From positions 20,324 to 84,323 of IMG/VR virus record IMGVR_UViG_3300033148_003679: a stretch of DNA of 64,000 nucleotides, one strand, 5' to 3'. Under the pieces are notes generated by a model. That model saw nothing but the letters and a program-made list of their open reading frames with translations. It searched no databases and was not told the origin of the DNA. Shown piece by piece: positions 19,291 to 27,879 of this stretch; positions within the stretch are counted from its first letter, which is position 1; the number at the start of each line of letters is the position of its first letter. The translations under genes and the position numbers were made by a program. This stretch comes from a virus.

Positions 19291-19653
19291 ATGGATGAAA
19301 AGCTTCAGAACAAGTTGTTTAAGATTATATTGACAACATTACTTTTATCTTGGATTTGTACAAGTTCCCTATTTCTTGCTTGTATACGTCTTGATAAAAA
19401 AGTTACAGAACTCAGTGCCACATATTACGAGACGCAAGCGGAATATGAAACTACACGTCTGGCGGATCTGTCTGCGTATCATGCTGAGATTAAAGCCGTT
19501 CAAGACGCACAAAACGAGTTTAGCCAAGAGGTGCAAAAAAGGTTTGATGCGCTCATAGTGACAGAAAACGAACATATTGCTATAACAGAAAAGCTCACAG
19601 AACTTGTAAAGAAGATTGCAAAAGAGAACGACGAAATGGAAAAATGGAGGTAG
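19291..19653 (+). CDS. Membrane-anchored coiled-coil protein
   Basis: N-terminal TM followed by a coiled coil. Confidence 0.6.
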   Translation: MDEKLQNKLFKIILTTLLLSWICTSSLFLACIRLDKKVTELSATYYETQAEYETTRLADLSAYHAEIKAVQDAQNEFSQEVQKRFDALIVTENEHIAITEKLTELVKKIAKENDEMEKWR

Positions 19654-20712
19654 AAACGATGGCTGGCATGAATATCGCGTTCACACAACAGGAAGCCTTG
19701 TACGAAGCTGACGATATAATCTTTCGACTTAACCAGGCATTATCTATACACGATGCCAGACTCGTTTATGAAGCTCGGAAAAGTTTACAACAGTTGGTTA
19801 ACGATCTGTTCGAGTCCGGTCTCTACAGTGGCAGTCTACGCGATGTCCTGACAAAAATCGATTATAACTTGTGGGTTGAACATATGAATTTTGTTTGACA
19901 GGATTGGTGCTAACGACAAATCTATAGTAGTAATCGAAGATGGTGAAGTTCTTGAAGTGCGTCAACTCGTTATAACAGGAGATAGCTAGAGATGACAGAG
20001 TTTTTTGGACAACCAATAAAGACATGGGGTGGATTGAAGTTTTGGAAGGGTAAATCCAAAGGGTTTAAGAATATGAACGACGTACTGGTAGAACGAATAG
20101 AGAAGTTGGAGACAAGGATAAGGTCTCTTGAAAAGTCTGCTCCATGTGTTTGTGACCATTGTGGAAAACCGGCTATTGTGAGATATGACGCTGTAAGCTG
20201 GGAAATTCCTCTTCAGCTAACACTATTACTGTCTGGAAAATGGCAGAGTAAAGCTAGAGTTGTCTTACATTATGACTGTGTTGGAAGGTCAAAACAAAAC
20301 AGGCGAAAGAAAGACAGACGTGCAAAAAGTACCTACAGTCCAAACGATAGACGTGTTGCTAACAGACGACGACGGCAGAAGAAAGTTACACGTAAACCGA
20401 AACCGAAATAGTCTAACAAGGCAAGACAAAAAGAGGATATAGATATGAGTTTCTTTTATGCTACTCGATCTCCGCGACATCGTGCTCATGAAGTGTATAG
20501 GTTCAGATCGAGAGAGTCTCGTTCTGAATGGGTTCGGAAATTAAAAGGTAAATCTGTCCGGCCACAGAACCCGATTGTGCGGTACGCCGTAAAAGAGAAT
20601 GATTGGACTTGGCGTGGATCTGCTGGCAACAAGTACCAGATTGCTTATGTTGGTAAATATGTAGTAGAACAATAGTTGAACGTTGTATGTAAATAAGTAT
20701 ACAGGAAAGTAG

Positions 20713-21183
20713 GTGGTATATAGAATGGATGATATGCAGGCAATTGTTCGTAAAATGGTTGTGTCTGTTGTAGACGACCGAATGCAAGGTATAAATGTTC
20801 AGCTCAAAACATTGTGCCGGAAAATTTCGGTTATTTGTAACGAGTTGCAGTCTGTTCATGAAAAGAAACTTGAACGTATTCGGGAAATAGCAACGAGCGA
20901 CAAAGAGGGTGTACGAGCTACAGATATAAGCGAATCTGTCCGAGACGTGTTTGCAGACTTTTTTGACAGTAAAGACGATCCTTTGGCAGACGTTGTTTCT
21001 AAACGGTCTGACAAAAAAGAGGATGACGGCAAGAAAGTTAAACCTGGTGTACTTGATATAGCGGAAACGAGTATAAAAAGTAAACCGACAAAACAGAATG
21101 TTGTACCTGCAAGCAGTTCGAGTTTAGCGTCTCAGTTTGGAAAGTTTGACGGTGGTAACGGCGAGATTCAGCAGATAGTGTGA
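20713..21183 (+). CDS. Hypothetical protein immediately upstream of the pentamer arrays
   Basis: 156 aa ORF. Confidence 0.6.
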   Translation: MVYRMDDMQAIVRKMVVSVVDDRMQGINVQLKTLCRKISVICNELQSVHEKKLERIREIATSDKEGVRATDISESVRDVFADFFDSKDDPLADVVSKRSDKKEDDGKKVKPGVLDIAETSIKSKPTKQNVVPASSSSLASQFGKFDGGNGEIQQIV

Positions 21184-21214
21184 GACGAGTGTAGAGTGTT
21201 ATGTGATACATTGC

Positions 21215-21704
21215 AGTAGGGTGTGGTGAGGTCGGATAGGGTCGTGTCGGGTGAGGTAAGGTATGGTGCAATGGGGTAAGGTCAGGTGAGGTAAGGTGCG
21301 GTAGGGATTGGTCTTTCTTCAATAAAGGAATGGTATTAGATAAAAGGAACGAAGTAAGCATTAGAATTTGATAGAGTAATGTCAAGTAGAGTCGGGTCTG
21401 GTCAGGTGCGGTGATGCAAGGTGAGGTGCGGTCGGGTTAAGTACGGTGCGGTGTGGTCATGTCGGGTACGGTCTGGTGCGGTGCGGTCGGATCTGGTGCG
21501 GTAAGATAAGGTGAGGTAAGGTTACTTTTTTTCTAGTAAAGGAATGATAGGCAGTAAAGGAGTGCAAATTAGAGTGTAACATTCAATATGGTGAGGTATG
21601 ATAGGGTGGAGCGGGGTCTGGTCGGGTCCGGTCAGGTATGGTGTGGTATGGCGAGGTCCGGTATGGTCAGGTGAGGTATGGTACGGTGCGGTGGGGTAGG
21701 GTTT
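21215..21704 (+). ncRNA. Three GGT-NN pentamer arrays (21215-21314, 21370-21524, 21590-21704); putative guide RNAs
   Basis: Strict 5-nt phase with constant GG(T/C) and variable NN. Each array ends ggtA(G/A)-gg(t/a)T; arrays 1 and 2 are followed by a pyrimidine tract and TAAAGGA. Confidence 0.75.
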
Positions 21705-21841
21705 GGAACACAAACTCACAATGACCATGATAAAATGCGATGGCAAGTACAAAGAAAGGAGAACGCTTATAAGACAACGAATGTGGTGTGGTTGGTTTTG
21801 GGAATAGAAGAACGAAAAATAAGTAGAAAGGTAGGTAGCCA

Positions 21842-22447
21842 ATGTATCAATCTGTGAATGTAAAAATAAAGGGTGTGGCTCCAGTTATGTTTCACAACCC
21901 GCAACTTGCAAATCCTCTTAACTCGTTTACACAGGGAATCAAGAAAATCTCTGCAAAACGAAACAAGACAGAAGAAGATTTTAAAGAGATGTCCAGACTG
22001 GAATTTTTGGGCGGTCTCTATGTAGACGACAAAGGTAAGGTAATCGTTCCGGCAGAAATGCTGGAAGCGTCTCTACTGTCTGGTGCCAAGAAGAAGAGAC
22101 GTGGTGCTAAGTTTAAGGCGGCGGTTTTGGTGCCGGAATCAGCTCGTTTGATTTATGACGGGCCGAAAAATATCGAGAAGTTGGGACGGGACTCTCAGTT
22201 TGTCGATATTCGGAACGTTACAATTCAGCGTAATACAATTATGAGAACTCGACCTGTTTTTAAGACATGGCAAGCTGAGTTTATGATAATGTTTGATTCT
22301 ACCCTAGTTAATAAGAACGAGGTGGAAGAAGCATTGAACGATGCTGGGCAGCAGTGCGGGATTGGAGATTATCGGCCAAGATACGGACGGTTTATGGTAG
22401 AAAGTTTCGATGTACTTGGCCCTGCAAACGAAGCTGTTACGGTATAG
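21842..22447 (+). CDS. Stand-alone RAMP/Cas7-like RNA-binding protein
   Basis: N-terminal VKIKGVAPVMFH (RAMP beta1 / P-x-x-H), IVPAEMLEASL (RAMP IPGSSLKG-like), RTRPVF..W, C-terminal Gly loop AGQQCGIGDYRPRYGRF. Confidence 0.75.
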   Translation: MYQSVNVKIKGVAPVMFHNPQLANPLNSFTQGIKKISAKRNKTEEDFKEMSRLEFLGGLYVDDKGKVIVPAEMLEASLLSGAKKKRRGAKFKAAVLVPESARLIYDGPKNIEKLGRDSQFVDIRNVTIQRNTIMRTRPVFKTWQAEFMIMFDSTLVNKNEVEEALNDAGQQCGIGDYRPRYGRFMVESFDVLGPANEAVTV

Positions 22448-22456
22448 TTAAACAAG

Positions 22457-22514
22457 TTTGCCTCTGCTCTATTGCGTGAAAGTTTATAGACAAGCGTAAT
22501 AGGGCAGAGACAAA
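22457..22514 (+). other. Intergenic RNA hairpin
   Basis: TTTG.CTCTGCTCTATTGCG pairs with CGTAATAGGGCAGAG.CAAA, including G-U pairs. Confidence 0.7.
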
Positions 22515-22540
22515 TAAATATAATCACGAGGTAAATACAA

Positions 22541-23017
22541 ATGAGTAAGACGAAAGCTATAGTACAGAGTACTTATGAAGGTCTCGATTTTACAGAGTTA
22601 CGAAAAGGTGACATTATTTCGGTAGCTGAACTGGAACGTCTGTTTGGCTTTTCCCGTTCTATGAACGCATATTCTCTTGCAACCATGCAACTCTGTAATG
22701 ATATTTCGAGATATTTCAGAAGTATCGGTGAAATTGTAACTGTGTGTACAAGAGATTATGCGATTCATATTCTACGCGATTCTGAAGCTGCCGAGTATAA
22801 TGCACTGAAGTTTAAACACGGAATTGACACGGCTGACAGAGCACATGAACGCGCTTTAGCCGTTGATATTGGCAACCTGAAACAGGAAGAGGTTTTAAGA
22901 CATGACCGTAAGTTGTATATTCAAGGTCGTATATTACAGAGTATACGGGTAGCAAGAAAGAAAGCATGTCGTGTTGTAGCACATCATAAGGGTGAAGGGA
23001 TGTTGGTGTTGGAATAG
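22541..23017 (+). CDS. Accessory protein of the pentamer-array locus
   Basis: GAGGT RBS; 158 aa, lying between the RAMP-like gene and arrays 4-7. Confidence 0.75.
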   Translation: MSKTKAIVQSTYEGLDFTELRKGDIISVAELERLFGFSRSMNAYSLATMQLCNDISRYFRSIGEIVTVCTRDYAIHILRDSEAAEYNALKFKHGIDTADRAHERALAVDIGNLKQEEVLRHDRKLYIQGRILQSIRVARKKACRVVAHHKGEGMLVLE

Positions 23018-23043
23018 ACGTGGGTTTTGTTGAAGTCTAGTAA

Positions 23044-23748
23044 TGCAGGATAAGGTAGGGTGGGGTGCGGTACGGTGTGGTGCGGTCCGGTCTGGTCTGG
23101 TGAGGTAAGGTCGAGTTGGGTCGGGTAGGGTATGGTGCGGTACGGTTTGGTATGGTGATGTTAGGTAGGGTCTGGTTAGATCGGGCCTGGTGATGTAAGG
23201 CAAGGTTGGGTAGGGATAGTCTTTCTTTAAGTAAAGGAGTGCAAAATAAAGTGCAAACAAAAAGTGTTGTCGACTGTTGTGATATAAGGTCAGATCAGGT
23301 GAGATCGGATGAGGTCGGGTGATGTCGGGTGATGTCGGGTTGAGTGAGGTCGGGTATGGTCTGGTTCGGTGCGGTCAGATCTGGTGAGGTATGGTAGGGT
23401 TACTCTTTTTCTAGTAAAGGAGTGCAAGTGAAAAGAGTGTAAAAAACATAATTGCAATGAGATTCAATATGGTGAGGTGAGGTTTGGTATGGTGAGGTGA
23501 GGTCTGGTGAGGTCGGGTGAGGTATGGCTTGGTGGAGTCGGGTCTGGTCGGGTGTGGTGGGGTGGGGTTAGGTAGGGTATGGTGCGGTTAGGTTCGGTAG
23601 GGTTTTTTCCATAAAGGAGTGTAGAATAAAATGCAAACAAAAAGTGTTGTCGATTGTTATTGATATGAGGTCGGATGGGATTGGGCGCGGTGCGGTCGGG
23701 TCGGGTAGGGTTTGGTGGGGTGGGGTGAGGTTTGGTCGGGTAGGGTTT
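23044..23748 (+). ncRNA. Four GGT-NN pentamer arrays (23044-23218, 23288-23402, 23471-23605, 23669-23748); putative guide RNAs
   Basis: 35, 23, 27 and 16 units, separated by linkers containing TAAAGGAGTG(C/T)A. Confidence 0.75.
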
Positions 23749-23805
23749 CTCTCTCACATAAACGAATACAAACAAAGGAGCGAGCAAGTAAGGGAACACA
23801 ACGTC

Positions 23806-24330
23806 ATGGACAATCACTCGGAAATCAAAGAAGGGTACAAAGTGTGCAGAGTTGTCGATGGCAACAAACTGGTCTCGGCCACATTTTGTGCTGCGGGTGG
23901 ACAAGTCAGTTACCATGTTGATACATGGACGTATCCGTTAGTTGGTTGTGGGCCATTAACTGTATTTGATTCATGGGACAATGCCAAGAACTTTCAGGAA
24001 CGAGTACCGAAAAATATCGAACGGATTTATAATGTGTCGATGGTGGTGAAAGGATTTTCGTTTCTTGTTATTAGAAGATGTTCATATATACTGTCGCTCG
24101 AAAATAAAATATGGATTCAGAGTATGTTGTTTCATTATGATCAGTTATATAATAGAGATATATATACACGGGAAGTTCTTGTAAACGACTTGCCGCCTAG
24201 CACTGTACTTGACAATCAGTTATATAATAGAGATATATATATACGGGAAGTTCTTGCAAATGATTTACCGCATGGTACTATACTTGCTGACAGAGTTAAG
24301 TTGCACAGATTAGATAAAAGGGAAGTGTGA
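23806..24330 (+). CDS. Hypothetical protein (paralog of the next gene) with an internal ~75-nt duplication
   Basis: EGYKVC...YP..CGPLTVFD...DLP.GTILA; QLYNRDIY.REVL.NDLP occurs twice. Confidence 0.65.
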   Translation: MDNHSEIKEGYKVCRVVDGNKLVSATFCAAGGQVSYHVDTWTYPLVGCGPLTVFDSWDNAKNFQERVPKNIERIYNVSMVVKGFSFLVIRRCSYILSLENKIWIQSMLFHYDQLYNRDIYTREVLVNDLPPSTVLDNQLYNRDIYIREVLANDLPHGTILADRVKLHRLDKREV

Positions 24331-24836
24331 TGGACAGTAGCATAAGAGATAAAGAAATTAAAAAATGTTGTGAAGGGTTTAAAGTATGTACAATTACAAC
24401 GGATAATCTTCTGATTTCAGTTGCACCTTATAGCTTGTACGCTCTTTCACCTCGTTTGGAAGAAGTTACATATCCGCTTGGTGCATGGGCATATCCACCA
24501 CCTAATTGCGGCCCTCTAACCGTATTTGACACGTTTAATAATGCTGAAAGTTTCCAGACAGAAATACAGAAAGTTATAGAAGAACTCAAGGAACTTTTGA
24601 GTGACCGTAATTATTCAGGTACGGTTATTGGCCGTTGTTTTTATATGCCATCACAAGAATCTTGTATATGGTTTCCGTGTATACCAGGTTTCCGTCCAGT
24701 TCGGGGTGGAGGTGTTCGTCTTGGCAAACCGGGCAATTATATAACTGCAAAAAATGATTTACCTCAAGGAACTATTCTTGCCAGTTCTGTTAAAGTGTAC
24801 AGCTTAATAGGTTCTGATTATGACGAAAAAAAATAA
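24327..24836 (+). CDS. Hypothetical protein (paralog of the previous gene)
   Basis: EGFKVC...YPPPNCGPLTVFD...DLPQGTILA. Confidence 0.65.
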   Translation: MMDSSIRDKEIKKCCEGFKVCTITTDNLLISVAPYSLYALSPRLEEVTYPLGAWAYPPPNCGPLTVFDTFNNAESFQTEIQKVIEELKELLSDRNYSGTVIGRCFYMPSQESCIWFPCIPGFRPVRGGGVRLGKPGNYITAKNDLPQGTILASSVKVYSLIGSDYDEKK

Positions 24837-24848
24837 ACCGCGCTCAAC

Positions 24849-24878
24849 TTGACAAACCGTTCTTGTTTATGGTATAAT
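24849..24878 (+). promoter_or_regulatory. Sigma70 promoter
   Basis: TTGACA-18 nt-TATAAT. Confidence 0.8.
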
Positions 24879-25119
24879 AGATGTAGTGTTAAGGAAGCAA
24901 CTGAGTGCCATGTACTTGGCTAAAACAAGTACGGAACGGAAGGGTATGCGGCAAGTGTGTTGATGGACACTGGTAAAAAGATTTCGAGAAGAGAGAATGT
25001 TAGCTCAGTGATAAGAACCGGTATACGTACAATTAAGATATAATCTGGTATGAGCTATAGATTATTTATGCCGCATACCCTTCTATACGTATAGGTGGCA
25101 CACAGGTAGGGGTAATATA

Positions 25120-25704
25120 ATGAAAAGAAGCCGTCGAGATAAACGGAAACCGGCTGATAGAAAACCTGCACAGAAAAGGCGGGCTCAAAATCGTAAACGT
25201 GCAAAAACCGATCCGTATGGTGTAACCCGTCGTCTAATATATCTCGATCATATAAGTTGGGTACAGGCTGAACGGATGGCATATGCAGCGCAACAGTACC
25301 TTACGTCACAGTATAGTACAAGTGTTCGGAACATTAGTGCAAGTGCTGTTGTACGTATGGCGTTAGACTTTCTCTTGGTTACGTATAATGGTGCAACTGA
25401 TGTAGAGAAAGCCAAGATGTTGAACAAGTTGGGTGAACGAAGGCGAAATTCTAAATCTGTAGATGGAGAAAAAAGCAGGATGGGTAAAGAACGTTCGACC
25501 GAGATAAAGACAGAGAAAATAGATGTGCCAAGAAAAGACGATATAGACCGTGCGATTGAAATAAGCAGAAAAAGGGGGTTTATGCAAGAAGCTAAAAAAG
25601 AGATTAGACGTGACGGAGTAAGGATTAGTCGGCCTATTTCGCCGAATGAAAGCCATAAACGGAAATTTCCGGATTCGTTTATAAGACAGAAAGATGCAGA
25701 TTGA
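25120..25704 (+). CDS. Basic protein with a ribbon-helix-helix-like segment
   Basis: RRLIYL...SASAVVRMALD. Confidence 0.5.
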   Translation: MKRSRRDKRKPADRKPAQKRRAQNRKRAKTDPYGVTRRLIYLDHISWVQAERMAYAAQQYLTSQYSTSVRNISASAVVRMALDFLLVTYNGATDVEKAKMLNKLGERRRNSKSVDGEKSRMGKERSTEIKTEKIDVPRKDDIDRAIEISRKRGFMQEAKKEIRRDGVRISRPISPNESHKRKFPDSFIRQKDAD

Positions 25705-25754
25705 CAAACGATACTCTAATATGTTATAATAGATCGTGCGTAGGTAGTACACAG
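25701..25754 (+). promoter_or_regulatory. Sigma70 promoter plus conserved leader
   Basis: TTGACA-18 nt-TATAAT AGATCGTGCGTAGGTAGTACACAG. Confidence 0.8.
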
Positions 25755-25957
25755 AAGATGTAAATGGTATACAGGAACAGAGAATCGTCGCAAACTATTT
25801 CTTCTCATCTTCTAATACAAGTCGTCTCGATGCGGGTTAGCGGTTTTGCTCCTTTCCCGCTTGGGAAATGTTTTGTCCTCCCTTCATTTCCCATATAGCT
25901 GCATTTTGACGGCAAGGCGATTCTCTGTTCTGCTACACTATCATAAAAGAGAGGTAA

Positions 25958-26962
25958 ATGTTCGACATGGAATGTCCGTATAAAATACCTAGTACAACGA
26001 GTTTTTGTCATCATCATATACCAGACGACTCATTTCGGGACGCGCCCGGATTCTGTGCTGCCGGCCATCATTTTTTGTGTGAAGAAAGAGTTGCGAGTTG
26101 TACGTTGGTAATGAGCCAGTCACAAGTTAAAACGTATTATGAATGTAAAATGAAGTATTGGCTTCGGTACATATACGGGATCAGACGTAAAAAGAGTACA
26201 CTTTCACCTGCTATAAAGATGGGCGCAATTTGGGACAAGTTTGTAGCGAGCAAATATAATGATATTGAGCTGAACCTTGAATCGTTATTGAAAGAGTATG
26301 CAGTAAAAGATGTTGATAGAGCTAAACTATGTGCGTTAATGGACGCATGGGATTCGTTGGAAATCAAGTTGAAACTTAACGGGTTCCTGTCATGTCAGGC
26401 AGAAGTAGCGCAACGGTTTGACCAGACAGATGGCCGACAGTTAATTGTACGCGGATATGTGGACAGACTTTATGATACATGGTTTGCAGAAACTAAACTT
26501 ACAAAAGATCCGAACAGATATGATAATATATGGGATTTACACAGTCAGATCGGTACATACTTTTTGTTAATGCCGAACATTAACGAATGTGTTATGGAGA
26601 TTACACGGACTCCGCAATTAAAACAAGGTAAACGGGAGACTATAGACGATTATTATAGAAGGATATTCGGAGATATTATTGCACGTCCTGGCTTTTATTT
26701 TATAGGGTGGGACGCTAACACCCGACAGTTTGGCCGACCGCCATATTATCGGAACGAGATGCGGTTGGAAACGGTTAAAAACAGGTATAGATGGATAACG
26801 CAGGAGATTGCTGAAAGAACAGAACGGGGTACATGGTATTGTGAACAGGGCTATATATGTTCCCCTTATTATAGAGATTGTGACTATAAACCTGTATGCG
26901 TAATCGGCGGTGTAGGCCATGGAGTAAACGAAGTGTTGTACGAGAGACAGAAAAGGAGATGA
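25958..26962 (+). CDS. PD-(D/E)XK (RecB/Cas4-like) exonuclease
   Basis: SQSQVKTYYECKMKYWLRY, RGYVDRL...ETKLT, Q..TY, C-terminal C..C.Y..VC. Confidence 0.8.
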   Translation: MFDMECPYKIPSTTSFCHHHIPDDSFRDAPGFCAAGHHFLCEERVASCTLVMSQSQVKTYYECKMKYWLRYIYGIRRKKSTLSPAIKMGAIWDKFVASKYNDIELNLESLLKEYAVKDVDRAKLCALMDAWDSLEIKLKLNGFLSCQAEVAQRFDQTDGRQLIVRGYVDRLYDTWFAETKLTKDPNRYDNIWDLHSQIGTYFLLMPNINECVMEITRTPQLKQGKRETIDDYYRRIFGDIIARPGFYFIGWDANTRQFGRPPYYRNEMRLETVKNRYRWITQEIAERTERGTWYCEQGYICSPYYRDCDYKPVCVIGGVGHGVNEVLYERQKRR

Positions 26963-26967
26963 TAAGA

Positions 26968-27165
26968 GTGTTTGGAATTGGCGTGACAGAACTGTTAATT
27001 ATTCTTGGTATAATGATTCTAATTTTTGGAGGCAAAAAAATTGCAGGGCTAGGTAAAGGTGTCGGTGAATGTATAAAAGAGTTTCGGCACGCATTTAAAG
27101 ATGCAGATGAAGTTACAGTAGAAATTGCAAAGGAAGTTGAACAATGCAGAAAGAAAAAGAGGTAA
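26968..27165 (+). CDS. tatA: Twin-arginine translocase TatA/E subunit
   Basis: (M)FGIGVTELLIILGIMILIFGGKKIAGLGKGVGECIKEFRHA: typical TM, FG hinge and amphipathic helix; GTG start after AGGAG. Confidence 0.9.
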   Translation: MFGIGVTELLIILGIMILIFGGKKIAGLGKGVGECIKEFRHAFKDADEVTVEIAKEVEQCRKKKR

Positions 27166-27560
27166 GTAGGCGTGGATTTTTAGGTGTTGCTGGTAAACTA
27201 GCTGGTGCTACGGTTGCTATTAGTACAATTACTAGACCAACCGAAGCTCACGTGAAAGAGTTGGCCGAACACGGATCGTTAAAAAGTAAAGTTCCGTTAA
27301 TTGGTACAACGGCAGAAATTGATTTTGTTTCAGAAGATTCGATGATATTAAAACCAACAGATTTTAATGTTGACAGCTCTGTCCCTATGTGGGATTTATC
27401 AAAAGAATCAGTTGTTTTGTTGTTGCCAGATGGCACTACTTTTGATGCCAAACTTCTATGGCATAAATACGTACTCCCTATAGAAACAAATAAAAGGTTC
27501 AACATTTTTAATTTAAGCCTAACATTAAGCGTGTCTGACAAAAGGTATCGAAAAGGTTAG
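27144..27560 (+). CDS. Protein with a twin-arginine signal peptide
   Basis: VSRRGFLGVAGKLAGATVAISTITRPTEA|H matches S-R-R-x-F-L. Confidence 0.75.
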   Translation: MQKEKEVSRRGFLGVAGKLAGATVAISTITRPTEAHVKELAEHGSLKSKVPLIGTTAEIDFVSEDSMILKPTDFNVDSSVPMWDLSKESVVLLLPDGTTFDAKLLWHKYVLPIETNKRFNIFNLSLTLSVSDKRYRKG

Positions 27561-27879
27561 AAATAAACGAAGTGTTGTACGAGAGAAGTGGGACAAAAAA
27601 ACATGATTGATGAAACAACTCCTGAAATTTATTCTCCGTTTCTGATTAGGTTCTCTAAAGGAGAATCGATAAAGTATCCGCGTTCTAACGTTAAAGGGCA
27701 CAGGTACTTCGCAACTATTGTTACGACCGTAACTGGTGAAGTGTTGTTAAAAGTAAGTATAGAAACCTTTTTGTATCTGCCAATAGCTTTGTACCGAAAC
27801 TGGACAAGTATAGAGATGAGCGAGGAAGAAGTTCAGAAACTGTAAAAAGTGTACATAAATCACAAGGAGATATAAACCA

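Larger units (their letters stand above)
26925..27586. repeat. 23-bp direct repeat flanking the Tat pair
   Basis: TAAACGAAGTGTTGTACGAGAGA at 26925-26947 and 27564-27586. Confidence 0.9.

Noticed and set aside
21215-23748. Classical CRISPR array, telomere-like repeat or simple microsatellite
   Set aside because: There are no 25-45-nt identical repeats with unique spacers. The NN positions are too variable and non-periodic for slippage, while phase and tails are conserved. G-quadruplex potential exists but does not explain the adjacent RAMP-like gene.
21038-23916. Minus-strand Pro/Thr/His-rich ORFs (21038, 21522, 22934, 23464) and plus-strand Gly/Val/Arg-rich starts (23644, 23712)
   Set aside because: Translation artefacts of the GGTNN pentamer arrays. 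The 5-nt period is incompatible with codon structure, and there are no RBSs.
25958-26962. Cas4 as part of a CRISPR adaptation module
   Set aside because: Its context (Sak4-like ATPase, SSB-like gene) is the ordinary phage recombination module, with no cas1/cas2. A role in array diversification cannot be excluded but has no support.
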